This document shows, piece by piece, positions 10,248 through 19,511 of a stretch of 64,000 nucleotides of DNA. Under the pieces are notes generated by a model, which had not been told where the DNA came from, made no database searches, and worked only from the letters and a program-made list of their open reading frames with translations. Every line of letters begins with the position of its first letter. Position 1 is the first letter of the stretch. The stretch covers positions 1,222-65,221 of the forward strand of contig JAHBVL010000009.1 in NCBI GenBank assembly GCA_019637585.1. The letters run 5' to 3'. The DNA is from Thermomicrobiales bacterium. GTDB taxonomy: Bacteria; Chloroflexota; Chloroflexia; Thermomicrobiales; UBA6265. The position numbers were made by a program, and so were the translations under genes.

Positions 10248-10934
10248 GTGTCCGACCCGACGACTCTTCTCCTGGCCATCGATACCTCGACCGAGCTCAC
10301 GGGCATTGCACTGTACGACGGGTGCTGCCTCGATGATGTGTCGTGGTCGTCGTGCCGGGATCACACGGTCATGTTGCTCGACGAAATCGACCACCAGGTC
10401 AAGCGGCGTGGACGGACGGTGCGAGAGATCGGGGCCATAGGGGTGGCCATGGGCCCCGGACGGTTCAACGCTCTTCGCGTCGGCATGAGCATCGCCAAGG
10501 GACTGGCGTTCAGTCTGGAAGCGCCGCTGATCGGCATTCCGACCCTTGAGGCCGCAGCTCACCCGTTCCGGCAGGGGACTCAGCCTGTGGCGGCGGTCAT
10601 CGGCGCGGGCCGGGAAAGAGTCGCCTGGCGGGTGTTCGATTGCGAACCAGCTGAATACTGGGCTGAAACCCGCAATACGTCGGCCGGCGAATTCGTCTCG
10701 TCGATCGCCACGATCGCTGCTGATGTATGCGTGACGGGTGAGGTACAACCGGCTCTTCGCGAGGCATTGACCAGCCTGACAGGCGTCACCGTGCCGCCGC
10801 TGTCCGGGCGTCTGGGGCGCGCCGCTGCAGTGGCGGAACTGGCGTATCACCGGATGGAGCGTGGCGAGACCGACGATCTGGCAATGCTCGAACCGGTCTA
10901 TCTGCATGGCGCCCGGACGCCCCAACCCCGCTAG
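10248..10934 (+). CDS. tsaB: tRNA t6A biosynthesis protein TsaB
   Basis: LLAIDTS, GPGRFNALRVG, AKGLA, PTLEA, C-terminal LEPVYL; lies between tsaE and rimI. Start codon uncertain. Confidence 0.9.
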   Translation: MSDPTTLLLAIDTSTELTGIALYDGCCLDDVSWSSCRDHTVMLLDEIDHQVKRRGRTVREIGAIGVAMGPGRFNALRVGMSIAKGLAFSLEAPLIGIPTLEAAAHPFRQGTQPVAAVIGAGRERVAWRVFDCEPAEYWAETRNTSAGEFVSSIATIAADVCVTGEVQPALREALTSLTGVTVPPLSGRLGRAAAVAELAYHRMERGETDDLAMLEPVYLHGARTPQPR

Positions 10935-10990
10935 ACTTGCGTCATGGTCTCGATCATGCCGTTCTGCATTCGATAAACGGATTCGTCATT

Positions 10991-11674
10991 GTGTATTTCA
11001 TCGAAGCCATGACCGAATCCGACGTTCCTGAGGTGAGCCGTCTGGAACGGCGGTGCTTCACGAACCCCTGGCCCCAGTCCGCCTATCGACGTGAGCTGCG
11101 CAAACCCCACCAGAACTGTTATCTCGTGCTGCGTGGCAGTAGTGCTGATGACTCGGAGAACGGCCGGGAGGGATTGGTTCTCTCGTTGGGAGGCCGCCTG
11201 GGTCGCCTTGGCCGCGTCCGGCGGTCCGACCGGGGGGCGGCTGGCCAGCCGCCGATCGTCGGTTTTGCCGGATTCTGGCATGTCTTCGATGAAGCGCACA
11301 TCACGACGATTGGCATCGACCCCGGGCTGCGTGGACGCGCTCTGGGGGAGCTGATGCTGGTCGCGCTCATCGAGGAAGCGCTGGGCCGGGGAGCGGGGTA
11401 CCTGTCACTGGAAGTTCGCGTGAGCAATCACGTAGCCATGCGCCTCTACGAGAAGTACGGGTTTCAGATCAAAGGGACGCGGCCTCGCTACTATGTCGAC
11501 GATGGCGAAGATGCCTACGTGATGTGGTCTCCGCCGATCCGAACCGAGTCGTTCCGTGCGCTGTTGGATGCGCGCCGGGAGACGTTGCAGACCAGAATCG
11601 GGGCGGATACGCCGTTGCCGGCTCGCGGCGGCTCCGGTCGAGTTGCGGCTCCCGTCGCCGGAGCGAGTCAGTGA
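10991..11674 (+). CDS. rimI: Ribosomal protein S18 alanine N-acetyltransferase
   Basis: CFTNPW, EAHITTIGIDP..RGRALG, LEVRVSN, LYEKYGF, RPRYY..GEDAYVM; tsaB-rimI-tsaD synteny. Start codon uncertain. Confidence 0.92.
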   Translation: MYFIEAMTESDVPEVSRLERRCFTNPWPQSAYRRELRKPHQNCYLVLRGSSADDSENGREGLVLSLGGRLGRLGRVRRSDRGAAGQPPIVGFAGFWHVFDEAHITTIGIDPGLRGRALGELMLVALIEEALGRGAGYLSLEVRVSNHVAMRLYEKYGFQIKGTRPRYYVDDGEDAYVMWSPPIRTESFRALLDARRETLQTRIGADTPLPARGGSGRVAAPVAGASQ

Positions 11675-12765
11675 TTATTCTGGGAATCGAAACCTCCTGC
11701 GACGAAACCGCCGCGGCGGTCGTGGTCGATGGCCGGGAACTCCGGTCGAATGTCATCGCCTCGCAGCTCGAGCTCCATGCTCCCTACGGTGGGGTGGTGC
11801 CCGAGCTTGCGGCGCGGGGCCAGCTCCAGGCGATCGTGCCGGTCATCCAGGCTGCGCTCGATGACGCGGTGATGTCCTGGTCCGATATCGATGCCATCGC
11901 CGTCACGCAGGGGCCGGGCCTAGCGGGATCGCTGCTGGTCGGCGTGAATATGGCCAAAACCCTTGCCTATACGCTGGACAAGCCGCTGGTGCCGGTCAAC
12001 CACCTCGAATCCCACATTTACGCCAACTGGATCTCGAATCGCGGCGAACGCTGGAAGCGTCCGGCTTTTCCTGCCGTCGTGCTTCTCGTTTCCGGCGGGC
12101 ATACTGAGCTGATCCTGGTCAGGGATCATGGCGACTATACGCACCTCGGCCGAACACTCGACGACGCCGCCGGAGAGGCATTCGACAAGGGCGCCCGGCT
12201 GCTCGGTCTGGGCTATCCGGGTGGACCGGCGATCCAGCGTGCCGCCCAGGAAGGAAACCCGGCGAACTATCCCTTGCCCCGAGCCTGGCTTGGCGACAGC
12301 TGGGATTTCAGCTTCTCCGGGTTGAAAACGGCTCTTCTGCGACAGGTCGAGCCCTATCGCATCCCGGCCGAGCGAATCGTACCGTCCCCCGATCTGCCGT
12401 TTGTGCCGCACCGGCCGCCCGTCTATCGCGACGATCTGCCCCTTGCCGACCTGGCTGCGGCGTTCCAGGATGCAGTCATCGAGGTGCTGGCGAGCAAAGC
12501 GGTCCGCGCCGCGGTGGCACACGATGCCCGCACCTTGCTCCTGGCGGGTGGGGTGGCGGCCAACGCGCTCTTGCGCGGCCGGATCACCGCCGGGATCGAA
12601 GCGCTTGCATCCGAAACGAAACCAGTTTTCGAGTTTCCCCCCATCGACCTTTGCACCGACAATGCCGCTATGGTGGCCGCAGCCGGGTATTTCGGTCTGC
12701 GCCGTGGCATGCAGGCAGGGTGGGAGTTTGATGTAGACGCGCGCCTGTCGCTCGTTGGAAACTGA
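11671..12765 (+). CDS. tsaD: tRNA N6-adenosine threonylcarbamoyltransferase TsaD
   Basis: ILGIETSCDET, GGVVPELA, VNHLESH, LVSGGHT, DDAAGEAFDK, FSFSGLKT, CTDNAAM; GTGA overlap with rimI. Confidence 0.97.
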   Translation: MIILGIETSCDETAAAVVVDGRELRSNVIASQLELHAPYGGVVPELAARGQLQAIVPVIQAALDDAVMSWSDIDAIAVTQGPGLAGSLLVGVNMAKTLAYTLDKPLVPVNHLESHIYANWISNRGERWKRPAFPAVVLLVSGGHTELILVRDHGDYTHLGRTLDDAAGEAFDKGARLLGLGYPGGPAIQRAAQEGNPANYPLPRAWLGDSWDFSFSGLKTALLRQVEPYRIPAERIVPSPDLPFVPHRPPVYRDDLPLADLAAAFQDAVIEVLASKAVRAAVAHDARTLLLAGGVAANALLRGRITAGIEALASETKPVFEFPPIDLCTDNAAMVAAAGYFGLRRGMQAGWEFDVDARLSLVGN

Positions 12766-12776
12766 GGGAACATTCC

Positions 12777-13592
12777 GTGATCAATGAAGCAGATCTGCCG
12801 GTTCCGCCCAGCGCGCTGGAAGTCGCCATCACTGCTGCGACCGGCGCCGGCGCGATTCTTCGCGAGCGACTGGCCAACCAGCGGCAGATCACCTACAAGG
12901 GTGTGGTGGATCTCGTCACTGATGCCGATCAGGCATCGGAAGAGCATGTGCTCTCGGTCATTCAGCACGCGTTCCCGGCCCACCGGTTCATCGGAGAAGA
13001 AGGGGTGCATGCGTCGAAAGGCGCGGTCGAAGCCGCGGGGGGATTCAGCTGGATCTGCGACCCGCTCGACGGCACCACCAACTACTCGCACCGCTATCCC
13101 CATTTCGCCGTGTCGATCGCGCTGGCCCAGGAGAAAACGATCCTGATCGGAGTGATCTACGATCCGATGCGGGATGAGTTGTTCGTCGCCGAGCGGGGTC
13201 GGGGCGCCACGCTCAATGGCCAGCCGATGCGAGTGTCCGCTACTGAGGAGCTGGTTCGGTCGTTGCTGGCCACGGGGTTTGCTTATGACGATGATGAACG
13301 GGACGAGAACAGCGCGCTCTGGCAGGCATTCATGCCGCTTTGCCAGGGGGTGCGACGAGACGGTTCGGCGGCGCTCGATGCGGCGTATGTCGCGGCTGGG
13401 CGCCTCGATGGTTTCTGGGAAAAGCCGATCAATGCCTGGGATATCGCCGCCGGCGCTCTCCTGATCGAAGAAGCGGGCGGGCAGGTGTCGTGCTATGGCC
13501 GGCCCTTCGATCCGTTCGCCCGGGAGATTCTCTCGTCCAACGGTTTGCTCCACAGTGCGATGGAAGAGGTTATCCTCAGCATCGTTCAATAG
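12777..13592 (+). CDS. suhB: Inositol monophosphatase family protein (SuhB-like)
   Basis: DLVTDAD, GEE, WICDPLDGTTNY, GSAALD, WDIAAGALLIEEAGG. Confidence 0.85.
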   Translation: MINEADLPVPPSALEVAITAATGAGAILRERLANQRQITYKGVVDLVTDADQASEEHVLSVIQHAFPAHRFIGEEGVHASKGAVEAAGGFSWICDPLDGTTNYSHRYPHFAVSIALAQEKTILIGVIYDPMRDELFVAERGRGATLNGQPMRVSATEELVRSLLATGFAYDDDERDENSALWQAFMPLCQGVRRDGSAALDAAYVAAGRLDGFWEKPINAWDIAAGALLIEEAGGQVSCYGRPFDPFAREILSSNGLLHSAMEEVILSIVQ

Positions 13593-13706
13593 CGGGAATA
13601 TTCTACGGATTGTCCCTGGGGCACGAACATTGCATGCGCCCATACACTACATCACGCGCAGCTCGGGAATGCTGCGTGGCTTGTCGACACAACTCGGAAC
13701 TCCGCG

Positions 13707-14150
13707 ATGGACCCAGAAACCGACGATTTCACCGAACGCCTCAAAGCGGCCATCGAGAGCGCTGATGTCATCAGCGTCTTTTTCGTTCGTGTCGGGCATT
13801 CGCTGATTATGGACCTGCGGCCGGATGTGCAATCCGACCCTGTCGTCGCGGTCGATCCGATGGCCGACTCTCCCTATCAGCGGTTGTTGTCGTTCAGCGC
13901 CCTTCGCCCGACGCTGACACTGCCGGATGAAATCACGCTCGCGCCATGGACCGACCAGGTTTCCGCGTTTCAGGACGCCGGCCTGCTGGAAACCTGCATC
14001 GACCGCTGCCGGATGGTGGGCGGCGAGCCACTGGCCAGCGAAGCGGCCGGCTGCTATCGCCGCCTCATCGCGCTCGAACGGAATGCGCTGCGAGATATGA
14101 TTCGTGGCATTGGGATGCACACACTCTGGCAGCTGGATGCGAACGGATAG
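13707..14150 (+). CDS. Hypothetical protein, 147 aa
   Basis: Fills the gap on the operon strand with normal codon and amino-acid usage; no motif recognised. Confidence 0.7.
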   Translation: MDPETDDFTERLKAAIESADVISVFFVRVGHSLIMDLRPDVQSDPVVAVDPMADSPYQRLLSFSALRPTLTLPDEITLAPWTDQVSAFQDAGLLETCIDRCRMVGGEPLASEAAGCYRRLIALERNALRDMIRGIGMHTLWQLDANG

Positions 14151-14243
14151 GCAAAGGGACGAGAACGAGGCGGGTGGGGAAACAGGCACGCGGACGTGAT
14201 GCCCGTTCTCCGTGGCAGGTTTCACACGACACGAGGTGAAGAG

Positions 14244-14480
14244 ATGAAGGCATATGTCTTATTGACCGTGCGAGTTGGGACTTCACCTGCCATTCAGGAC
14301 GCTATCAGATCATGGGGTCCTGAAGCCGGGATCATCGACTGCGATGCCGTAGCCGGGACGCACGATGTGGTGGCGGTTGTCGATGCCGCCGATCCCAAAG
14401 CAATCGGGGATATCGTCATGACTCGCATTCAATCGCTGGATGGCGTATTGAGCACGTCGACCCTCCTGGCCATCGGGTAG
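14244..14480 (+). CDS. Stand-alone Lrp/AsnC ligand-binding (RAM) domain protein
   Basis: GAGGTG RBS; MKAYVLL..VAGTHDVVAVV..IQSLDGVLSTSTL; no HTH. Confidence 0.85.
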   Translation: MKAYVLLTVRVGTSPAIQDAIRSWGPEAGIIDCDAVAGTHDVVAVVDAADPKAIGDIVMTRIQSLDGVLSTSTLLAIG

Positions 14481-14618
14481 GGCGACCTGGAACCGCGAAC
14501 GCATCTGCTACACTGCAAACGCCCGGTTCCTAACTCGACATCCACCTGAAAGGGCATGCAGCGTCGTGCGCCGGGCGAAGACACGCACAGTGTCGTGCGC
14601 AGGAAAGGAGCTTCCATA

Positions 14619-14948
14619 ATGAAGCTGGTCATCGCAATCGTTCAGGATGAAGATATCGAAGCATTGACCACGGCGCTGGTCGAGGCTGATTTTCGGTTTA
14701 CAAAAGTCAGCACGTCAGGATCCTTTCTTCGTCTCGGCAATTCGAGTCTCCTGATCGGCGTCGAAGACGAACGAGTGCCGAAGGTCATGGAGGTTCTGGA
14801 GCGAACCTGCCACCGGCGCAAGCAGATCGCCGTTCCCTATTCGCCGGCGCTCGAACCGGGACTGCTCTATATGCCTGAGAATTTCGAAGTCGAAGTTGGC
14901 GGCGCCATCGTGTTCGTCGCCAATGTCGAGCGGTTCGAAAGGCTCTAG
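14619..14948 (+). CDS. darA: PII-like cyclic-di-AMP receptor (DarA/PstA, DUF970 family)
   Basis: AAGGAG RBS; MKLVIAIVQDED, STSGSFLRLGNSSLLIGVE, VEVGGAIVFV. Confidence 0.85.
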   Translation: MKLVIAIVQDEDIEALTTALVEADFRFTKVSTSGSFLRLGNSSLLIGVEDERVPKVMEVLERTCHRRKQIAVPYSPALEPGLLYMPENFEVEVGGAIVFVANVERFERL

Positions 14949-14960
14949 GCTTTCCCAGCA

Positions 14961-14984
14961 GTAGCGGCAGACCCCCGTGTCTGC
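14961..14984 (+). repeat. REP-like palindrome family C (GTAG..GCAGACCCCCGTGTCTGC) followed by a T-tract
   Basis: Same core as the array at 52302-52544; might double as a terminator. Confidence 0.7.
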
Positions 14985-15102
14985 TTTTCTTTGTCGCCGC
15001 GAACAGATGGAGCAGACCGAACACGGGATCAGTTCCCCTGCCAGTCACTGATGTCTGGCGACGAATCCGGTTGAGTTGTTGTTTCCAGAGAAGGAGTTCC
15101 GC

Positions 15103-16287
15103 GTGTCTTTGAGTGCCTGGACGAAGCAGGTCGATCGTGCTGCCATTCTGGCGCTTTCCGGTGAGCTCATCGCCATTCCCAGTGTCAGCGGAGAAGAAGC
15201 CGCCGTCATGGCGTTCGTCGAAGAGTGGGCCAGAGCGCGAGGGATTCGGTTCGAAGTCTTTTCCCGTGATCCTACCCGCCCGAATGTGGTCCTGACCGCC
15301 GGTGACCCGGCGTCCGGTCCCCGCATCGCCATGAATGGGCATCTCGACACCGTTCCCGTTTCCGACCCTGATGCCTGGAACACCCCACCCCTCGAACCGG
15401 TGCTGAGCGATGACGGAGCGCTGCTCTTCGGCAGGGGATCGGCCGACATGAAGTCGGCGGTGGCTGTGATGATGACGATCGTCGACGCGTTCAAGAGCGC
15501 CAGCCTCAAGGGTTGCCTGCAGGCGCACATCGTTTCGGATGAGGAGACGAGTGGCGCGTTCGGCACCCTCCATCTGATCGACGAGATCACCGCGGGCCGG
15601 CTCAACCGTCCGGATTACGTGCTCATTGGCGAGAAAAGCGACCTCAAGGTCCGCAACGCCGAGCGAGGCATTTTCAACTTCGAAGTGACCTTCCATGGCC
15701 GGGCCAGCCATACCGCATCGGCCCGGGCAACCGGCATCAACGCCATCGCCAAAGCGGCGAAAGGGGTGCTGGCCCTGGAAAAAGACATCGACCGCTTCCA
15801 CCCCGCCGTCGGCAAACCGGTGATCAGCGTCAACACCATCCAGGCGGGAGTGGCGCACAACGTCGTTCCGGGGGAGTGCACGATCAGCGTCGACCGGCGG
15901 CTCGTCCCCGGGGAAACCCGGGAGACCGCGATGGCCGAAGTGCTGACCGCGTTCGAGGAGATCGCGGCGACCGACCCCGATTTCAAATACACCATCACGG
16001 AAATGACCGAGAACTACATTCCGGCCAACATTACCGAGGATTCCTCACCGATCGTCCAGGCGGTCCAGGGCAGCGTTCGGGATGTGACCGGCAAAGAGCC
16101 CGAGTATTTCGTCGCCTGGGCGGGAGCGACCGACGGCCGCTTCTATCGCCAGGCCGGCATCGACACCGTCGGATTCGGCCCGGGCGGCCAGTTCCTGCAC
16201 GGCGCCAACGAAGCTGTTGTCGTCGACCAGCTCATCACCCAGGCGGAAGTTTTCACGGAAACAGCGGCGCGATTGTTAGTCGGCTAG
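15103..16287 (+). CDS. M20/ArgE/DapE family metallo-deacylase
   Basis: NGHLDTVP, GRGSADMK, SDEE, IGE, GRASH, DRRLVPGE, GATDG, FGPG, HGANE. AAGGAG RBS before GTG. Confidence 0.9.
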   Translation: MSLSAWTKQVDRAAILALSGELIAIPSVSGEEAAVMAFVEEWARARGIRFEVFSRDPTRPNVVLTAGDPASGPRIAMNGHLDTVPVSDPDAWNTPPLEPVLSDDGALLFGRGSADMKSAVAVMMTIVDAFKSASLKGCLQAHIVSDEETSGAFGTLHLIDEITAGRLNRPDYVLIGEKSDLKVRNAERGIFNFEVTFHGRASHTASARATGINAIAKAAKGVLALEKDIDRFHPAVGKPVISVNTIQAGVAHNVVPGECTISVDRRLVPGETRETAMAEVLTAFEEIAATDPDFKYTITEMTENYIPANITEDSSPIVQAVQGSVRDVTGKEPEYFVAWAGATDGRFYRQAGIDTVGFGPGGQFLHGANEAVVVDQLITQAEVFTETAARLLVG

Positions 16288-16331
16288 GCGGCAAGACGGC
16301 AGTCAGCAAGTAGAAACCCGTCGCAACTGGT

Positions 16332-16740
16332 GTGGCGGCAGGACCTTCCTTACCCAACCCGGTGTAGCGGCAAGGCCTGCCTTGCCAACCGCATTGCCAG
16401 CGATTGACGGGCGAGGCAGGCCTCGCCGCTACACACGACAGCGTCTGTTCCCCTACCCAAACTGGTCTAGCGGCAAGGCCCGCCTTGCCAGCCGCATGCC
16501 AGCGACGGACAGGCGAGGCAGGCCCCGCCGCTACACACGACAGCGTCTGCTCCCTTGCCCAACCTGGTGTAGCGGCAAGGCCTGCCTTGCTAGCCGCATT
16601 GCCAGCGCCCGACGGGCGAGGCGGGCCTCGCCGCTACACACGACAGCGTCTGCTCCCTTGCCCAACCTGGTGTAGCGGCAAGGCCCGCCTTGCTAGCCGC
16701 ATTGCCGGCGACCGACGGGCGAGGCGGGCCACGCCGCTAC
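16332..16740. repeat. BIME-like tandem array: 4 units of about 103 bp, each an inverted pair of family A REPs
   Basis: GTAGCGGCAAGGCCYGCCTTGC ... GGCGAGGCRGGCCTCGCCGCTAC starting at 16364, 16467, 16569 and 16672; lies between convergent genes. Confidence 0.92.
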
Positions 16741-16759
16741 AGATGGCAGCGTTTCTGTC

Positions 16760-18421
16760 TTACCGCGGTGCTACGCCCTCGACACCGGTCAGGGTGACAC
16801 CCGGCGCGATGGTGTCCCGATCGACCATGACCTCGATCAGCGAGATGCCATCGTGCCCCAATGCCTGCCGCACGGCGTCCTCGGCGTCGGCGTTCTGTTC
16901 AACGCGGATACCCTGACCGCCGAACGCCTCGGCGAACTTGACCAGATCGGGTGTCCAGAGTTCGGTTCCAGCTGTGCGGGTTGGGTACTCCCGTGCCTGA
17001 TGGAGGCGAATCGTGCCGTACTGCCGGTTGTTGAACACCAGGCAGATCACCGGCAGACCCAGCTGCGCCGCAACCGCCAACTCGTTTGCCGTCATCAGAA
17101 AACCGCCGTCGCCAGCGGTCGCCACCACCGGCACCTGTCCCTTGTGGACGATCGTTGCGGCCACGGCACTGGGGACGGCGTAGCCCATAGCGCCCGATGT
17201 CGGGCCGAGAAAGGTTCCTGGCCGCAAAAAGCGGCTGTAACGCTGCACCCAGCTGTAGAAATTCCCCGCGTCGGTGGTGATGATCCCGTTATCCGGGAGA
17301 TGCCTGGCCATGGCTTTGACAACGACTGCCGGATCGACGCCGTTCGCCACATTCCCCGGCGACTCGACGGCTGCAACGAAAGCCGCACGGTCCTCGGCAT
17401 TCTGCGCGGCACGGTCGGGCGCCGGATTCGCCTGGCTGGCGTTCAGCAGCGCGTCGATGGTGGTCTTCGCTGTCGCGGCGATCGCCACGGTTGCGGGGTA
17501 GGTGGCGCTGATGACCTGCGGGTCGATATCGACCTGGATCAACGTCGCGCCGGACGCCGGAATCTGATAACCGAGCGTCGTCAACTCGCTCAATCGGGTG
17601 CCAATCGCCAGGACGACGTCAGCATCCGTGCAGCGTTTGCGCACGGGCGCTGTGGTGCCGAACGACAGCGACCCGAGCGACAGCGGATGATCGGTCGGAA
17701 ACGCATCGAGCCGCCGAAATGCAGTTGCGACAGGGACCTGCAGTGACTCCGCCAGCGAGACCAATCCGGCTGTCGCGCCGTCGCGCAGCACGCCACCGCC
17801 GGCCACGATCAACGGCCGTTGGGCGCTATTGAGCAGCTCGATCGCTTTGGCTACGGCATCGGCCGGCGGGTCGGCAACGGGAGTCGCACCCTGGGAAAAT
17901 GCCTCATCCTCGACCAGCTCATCGAGGATGTCTCCCCGCAGCGCGATGGCCACGGGACCGGGCCGGCCACTGGTCGCGACTCGATAGGCCTCTGCGGTGA
18001 TGCGGGGGAGGGTCGATGCCGATGGCGGTTCGACCGCCCATTTGGTGATCGGAGCGAGCATCTGATCGAGCTCGGTTTCCTGCAGCGCTTCTCGATGGCG
18101 GAACGGCGTTTCCACCTGACCGACCATCGCCAGCATCGGCGTCGAGTCCTGCTGCGCCGTGTGGATGCCGATCGCCAGATTTGCCGTACCGACTCCCCGG
18201 GTGCCCATGCAGATAGCAGGCTGGCCGGTCAGCTTGCCCACGGCGTCGGCCATGAAGGCCGCGCCCCCCTCATGCCGGCTGCTGATCAGCTCGATTGAGC
18301 TGGTCGAGAGCGCGTCGAGGAGACCGAGAAAGCTCTCGCCCGGAACACCGAATGCGTACCTCACGCCGCGCTCCTCCAGAACGCGGACTGCGGCGTCGAC
18401 GGATCGAATCTGCTTGGTCAA
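16760..18421 (-). CDS. Thiamine pyrophosphate-dependent enzyme (acetolactate synthase-like)
   Basis: FGVPGES, RHEGGAAFMA, SGRPGPV, SGAMGY, GDGGFLM..NNRQYG. TTG start inferred from the GGGAGA RBS. Confidence 0.88.
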   Translation of the reverse strand: MTKQIRSVDAAVRVLEERGVRYAFGVPGESFLGLLDALSTSSIELISSRHEGGAAFMADAVGKLTGQPAICMGTRGVGTANLAIGIHTAQQDSTPMLAMVGQVETPFRHREALQETELDQMLAPITKWAVEPPSASTLPRITAEAYRVATSGRPGPVAIALRGDILDELVEDEAFSQGATPVADPPADAVAKAIELLNSAQRPLIVAGGGVLRDGATAGLVSLAESLQVPVATAFRRLDAFPTDHPLSLGSLSFGTTAPVRKRCTDADVVLAIGTRLSELTTLGYQIPASGATLIQVDIDPQVISATYPATVAIAATAKTTIDALLNASQANPAPDRAAQNAEDRAAFVAAVESPGNVANGVDPAVVVKAMARHLPDNGIITTDAGNFYSWVQRYSRFLRPGTFLGPTSGAMGYAVPSAVAATIVHKGQVPVVATAGDGGFLMTANELAVAAQLGLPVICLVFNNRQYGTIRLHQAREYPTRTAGTELWTPDLVKFAEAFGGQGIRVEQNADAEDAVRQALGHDGISLIEVMVDRDTIAPGVTLTGVEGVAPR

Positions 18422-18553
18422 TGGATCTCTCCCGTTGGCAACCTGCACGGCAATTCATCTGAAACATGATCGCATGGACTGGGCCACCATTGACCACCGC
18501 ATGCTTCGCCGCATAGCATGCAGGGAACATTCGAAGCGCGAAAGGGGTGACGT

Positions 18554-19327
18554 ATGCCCAAATTTGCTGCCAACCTGACCATGTTGTTTACCGAATATCC
18601 GATGGTGGACCGGATCGGTCACGCCGCGCGAGCGGGATTTCGTGGTGTGGAGATTCTGCTGCCCTACGATGAGGATATCGACGGCATTCAGGCCGGCCTC
18701 GAGCGAAACGGGCTCGAGCTGATCAACTTCAATCTTCCCCTTGGCAATATGGCGGCGGGCGATCGCGGTTTTGCCAACGATCCTCGCCGGACGACGGAGT
18801 TCGAAGCCGGCGTGGAGCGTGCGGTCGGACTGGCCGAGCGCCTTGGCGTCAAGCGGGTCAACTGCATTGCCGGCAAGATGCTGCCCGACGTCGCCGTTTC
18901 GGAACAGTGGGATACGTTGCGCCAGAATCTCGGGTTTGCGGCGGCTAGAACGGCAGAGCGTGGGATCGTCCAGCTCGTCGAGCCGCTCAACACGATCGAT
19001 AATCCCGGTTACATCATCTGTTCTCCCCACCGGGCGTTCAGCCTGGTGGAAGAGGTCGGTCACCCGAATCTGAAGGTCGAGTACGACCTCTATCACGCCC
19101 AGAAAATGGAAGGAAACCTGGCCACCACCATTCGCGATCACATTGGCCAGATTGGCCACGTGCAAATCGCAGACAACCCTGGCCGCCACGAACCAGGCAC
19201 CGGAGAGATCAATTTCCCCTTCATGTTCCAGGTACTCGACGATGCCGGATACGACGGTTGGGTCAGCCTGGAATACAACCCGTCCGGGCGCACAGAGGAC
19301 TCGTTTGGGTGGATGCGGGGGGTGTAG
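18554..19327 (+). CDS. hyi: Hydroxypyruvate isomerase
   Basis: MPKFAANLTMLF, VEPLN, YDLYHAQ, HVQIADNPGRHEPGTGEIN, GWVSLEY. Confidence 0.93.
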   Translation: MPKFAANLTMLFTEYPMVDRIGHAARAGFRGVEILLPYDEDIDGIQAGLERNGLELINFNLPLGNMAAGDRGFANDPRRTTEFEAGVERAVGLAERLGVKRVNCIAGKMLPDVAVSEQWDTLRQNLGFAAARTAERGIVQLVEPLNTIDNPGYIICSPHRAFSLVEEVGHPNLKVEYDLYHAQKMEGNLATTIRDHIGQIGHVQIADNPGRHEPGTGEINFPFMFQVLDDAGYDGWVSLEYNPSGRTEDSFGWMRGV

Positions 19328-19483
19328 CAGTCAGCAGTCGGCAGTCGGCAGTCAGTGAGAACGGCGCTCGGGCATCGCGAGTGAAAAGTGCAGTTCGGCA
19401 CCTGTGGCCCGATAAGTTGGAAATGTAGTTCGGGCACCTGTGGCCCGGTGAGTTGGAAATGTCGTTCGGGCGCCCGTGGCCCG
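19328..19483 (+). repeat. Heptamer array (CAGTCRG)x4 followed by three 35-36 bp units carrying REP family B (GTAGTTCGGGCACCTGTGGCCCG)
   Basis: Array starts right after the hyi TAG; REP copies at 19390, 19425 and 19461. Confidence 0.85.
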
Positions 19484-19511
19484 ATGAGTAGTCGCGAAAG
19501 AGGATCAGGAC

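Noticed and set aside
14481-14618. c-di-AMP (ydaO) riboswitch upstream of darA
   Set aside because: The conserved GCTGAATC, GGGGGAA and GTCAGCTAA segments are absent.
16332-16740. CRISPR array
   Set aside because: The sequences between palindromes are near-identical rather than unique spacers, the palindromes alternate orientation, and there are no cas genes.
19390-19483. Mini-CRISPR from 36-bp repeats
   Set aside because: Head-to-tail tandem units with no spacers.
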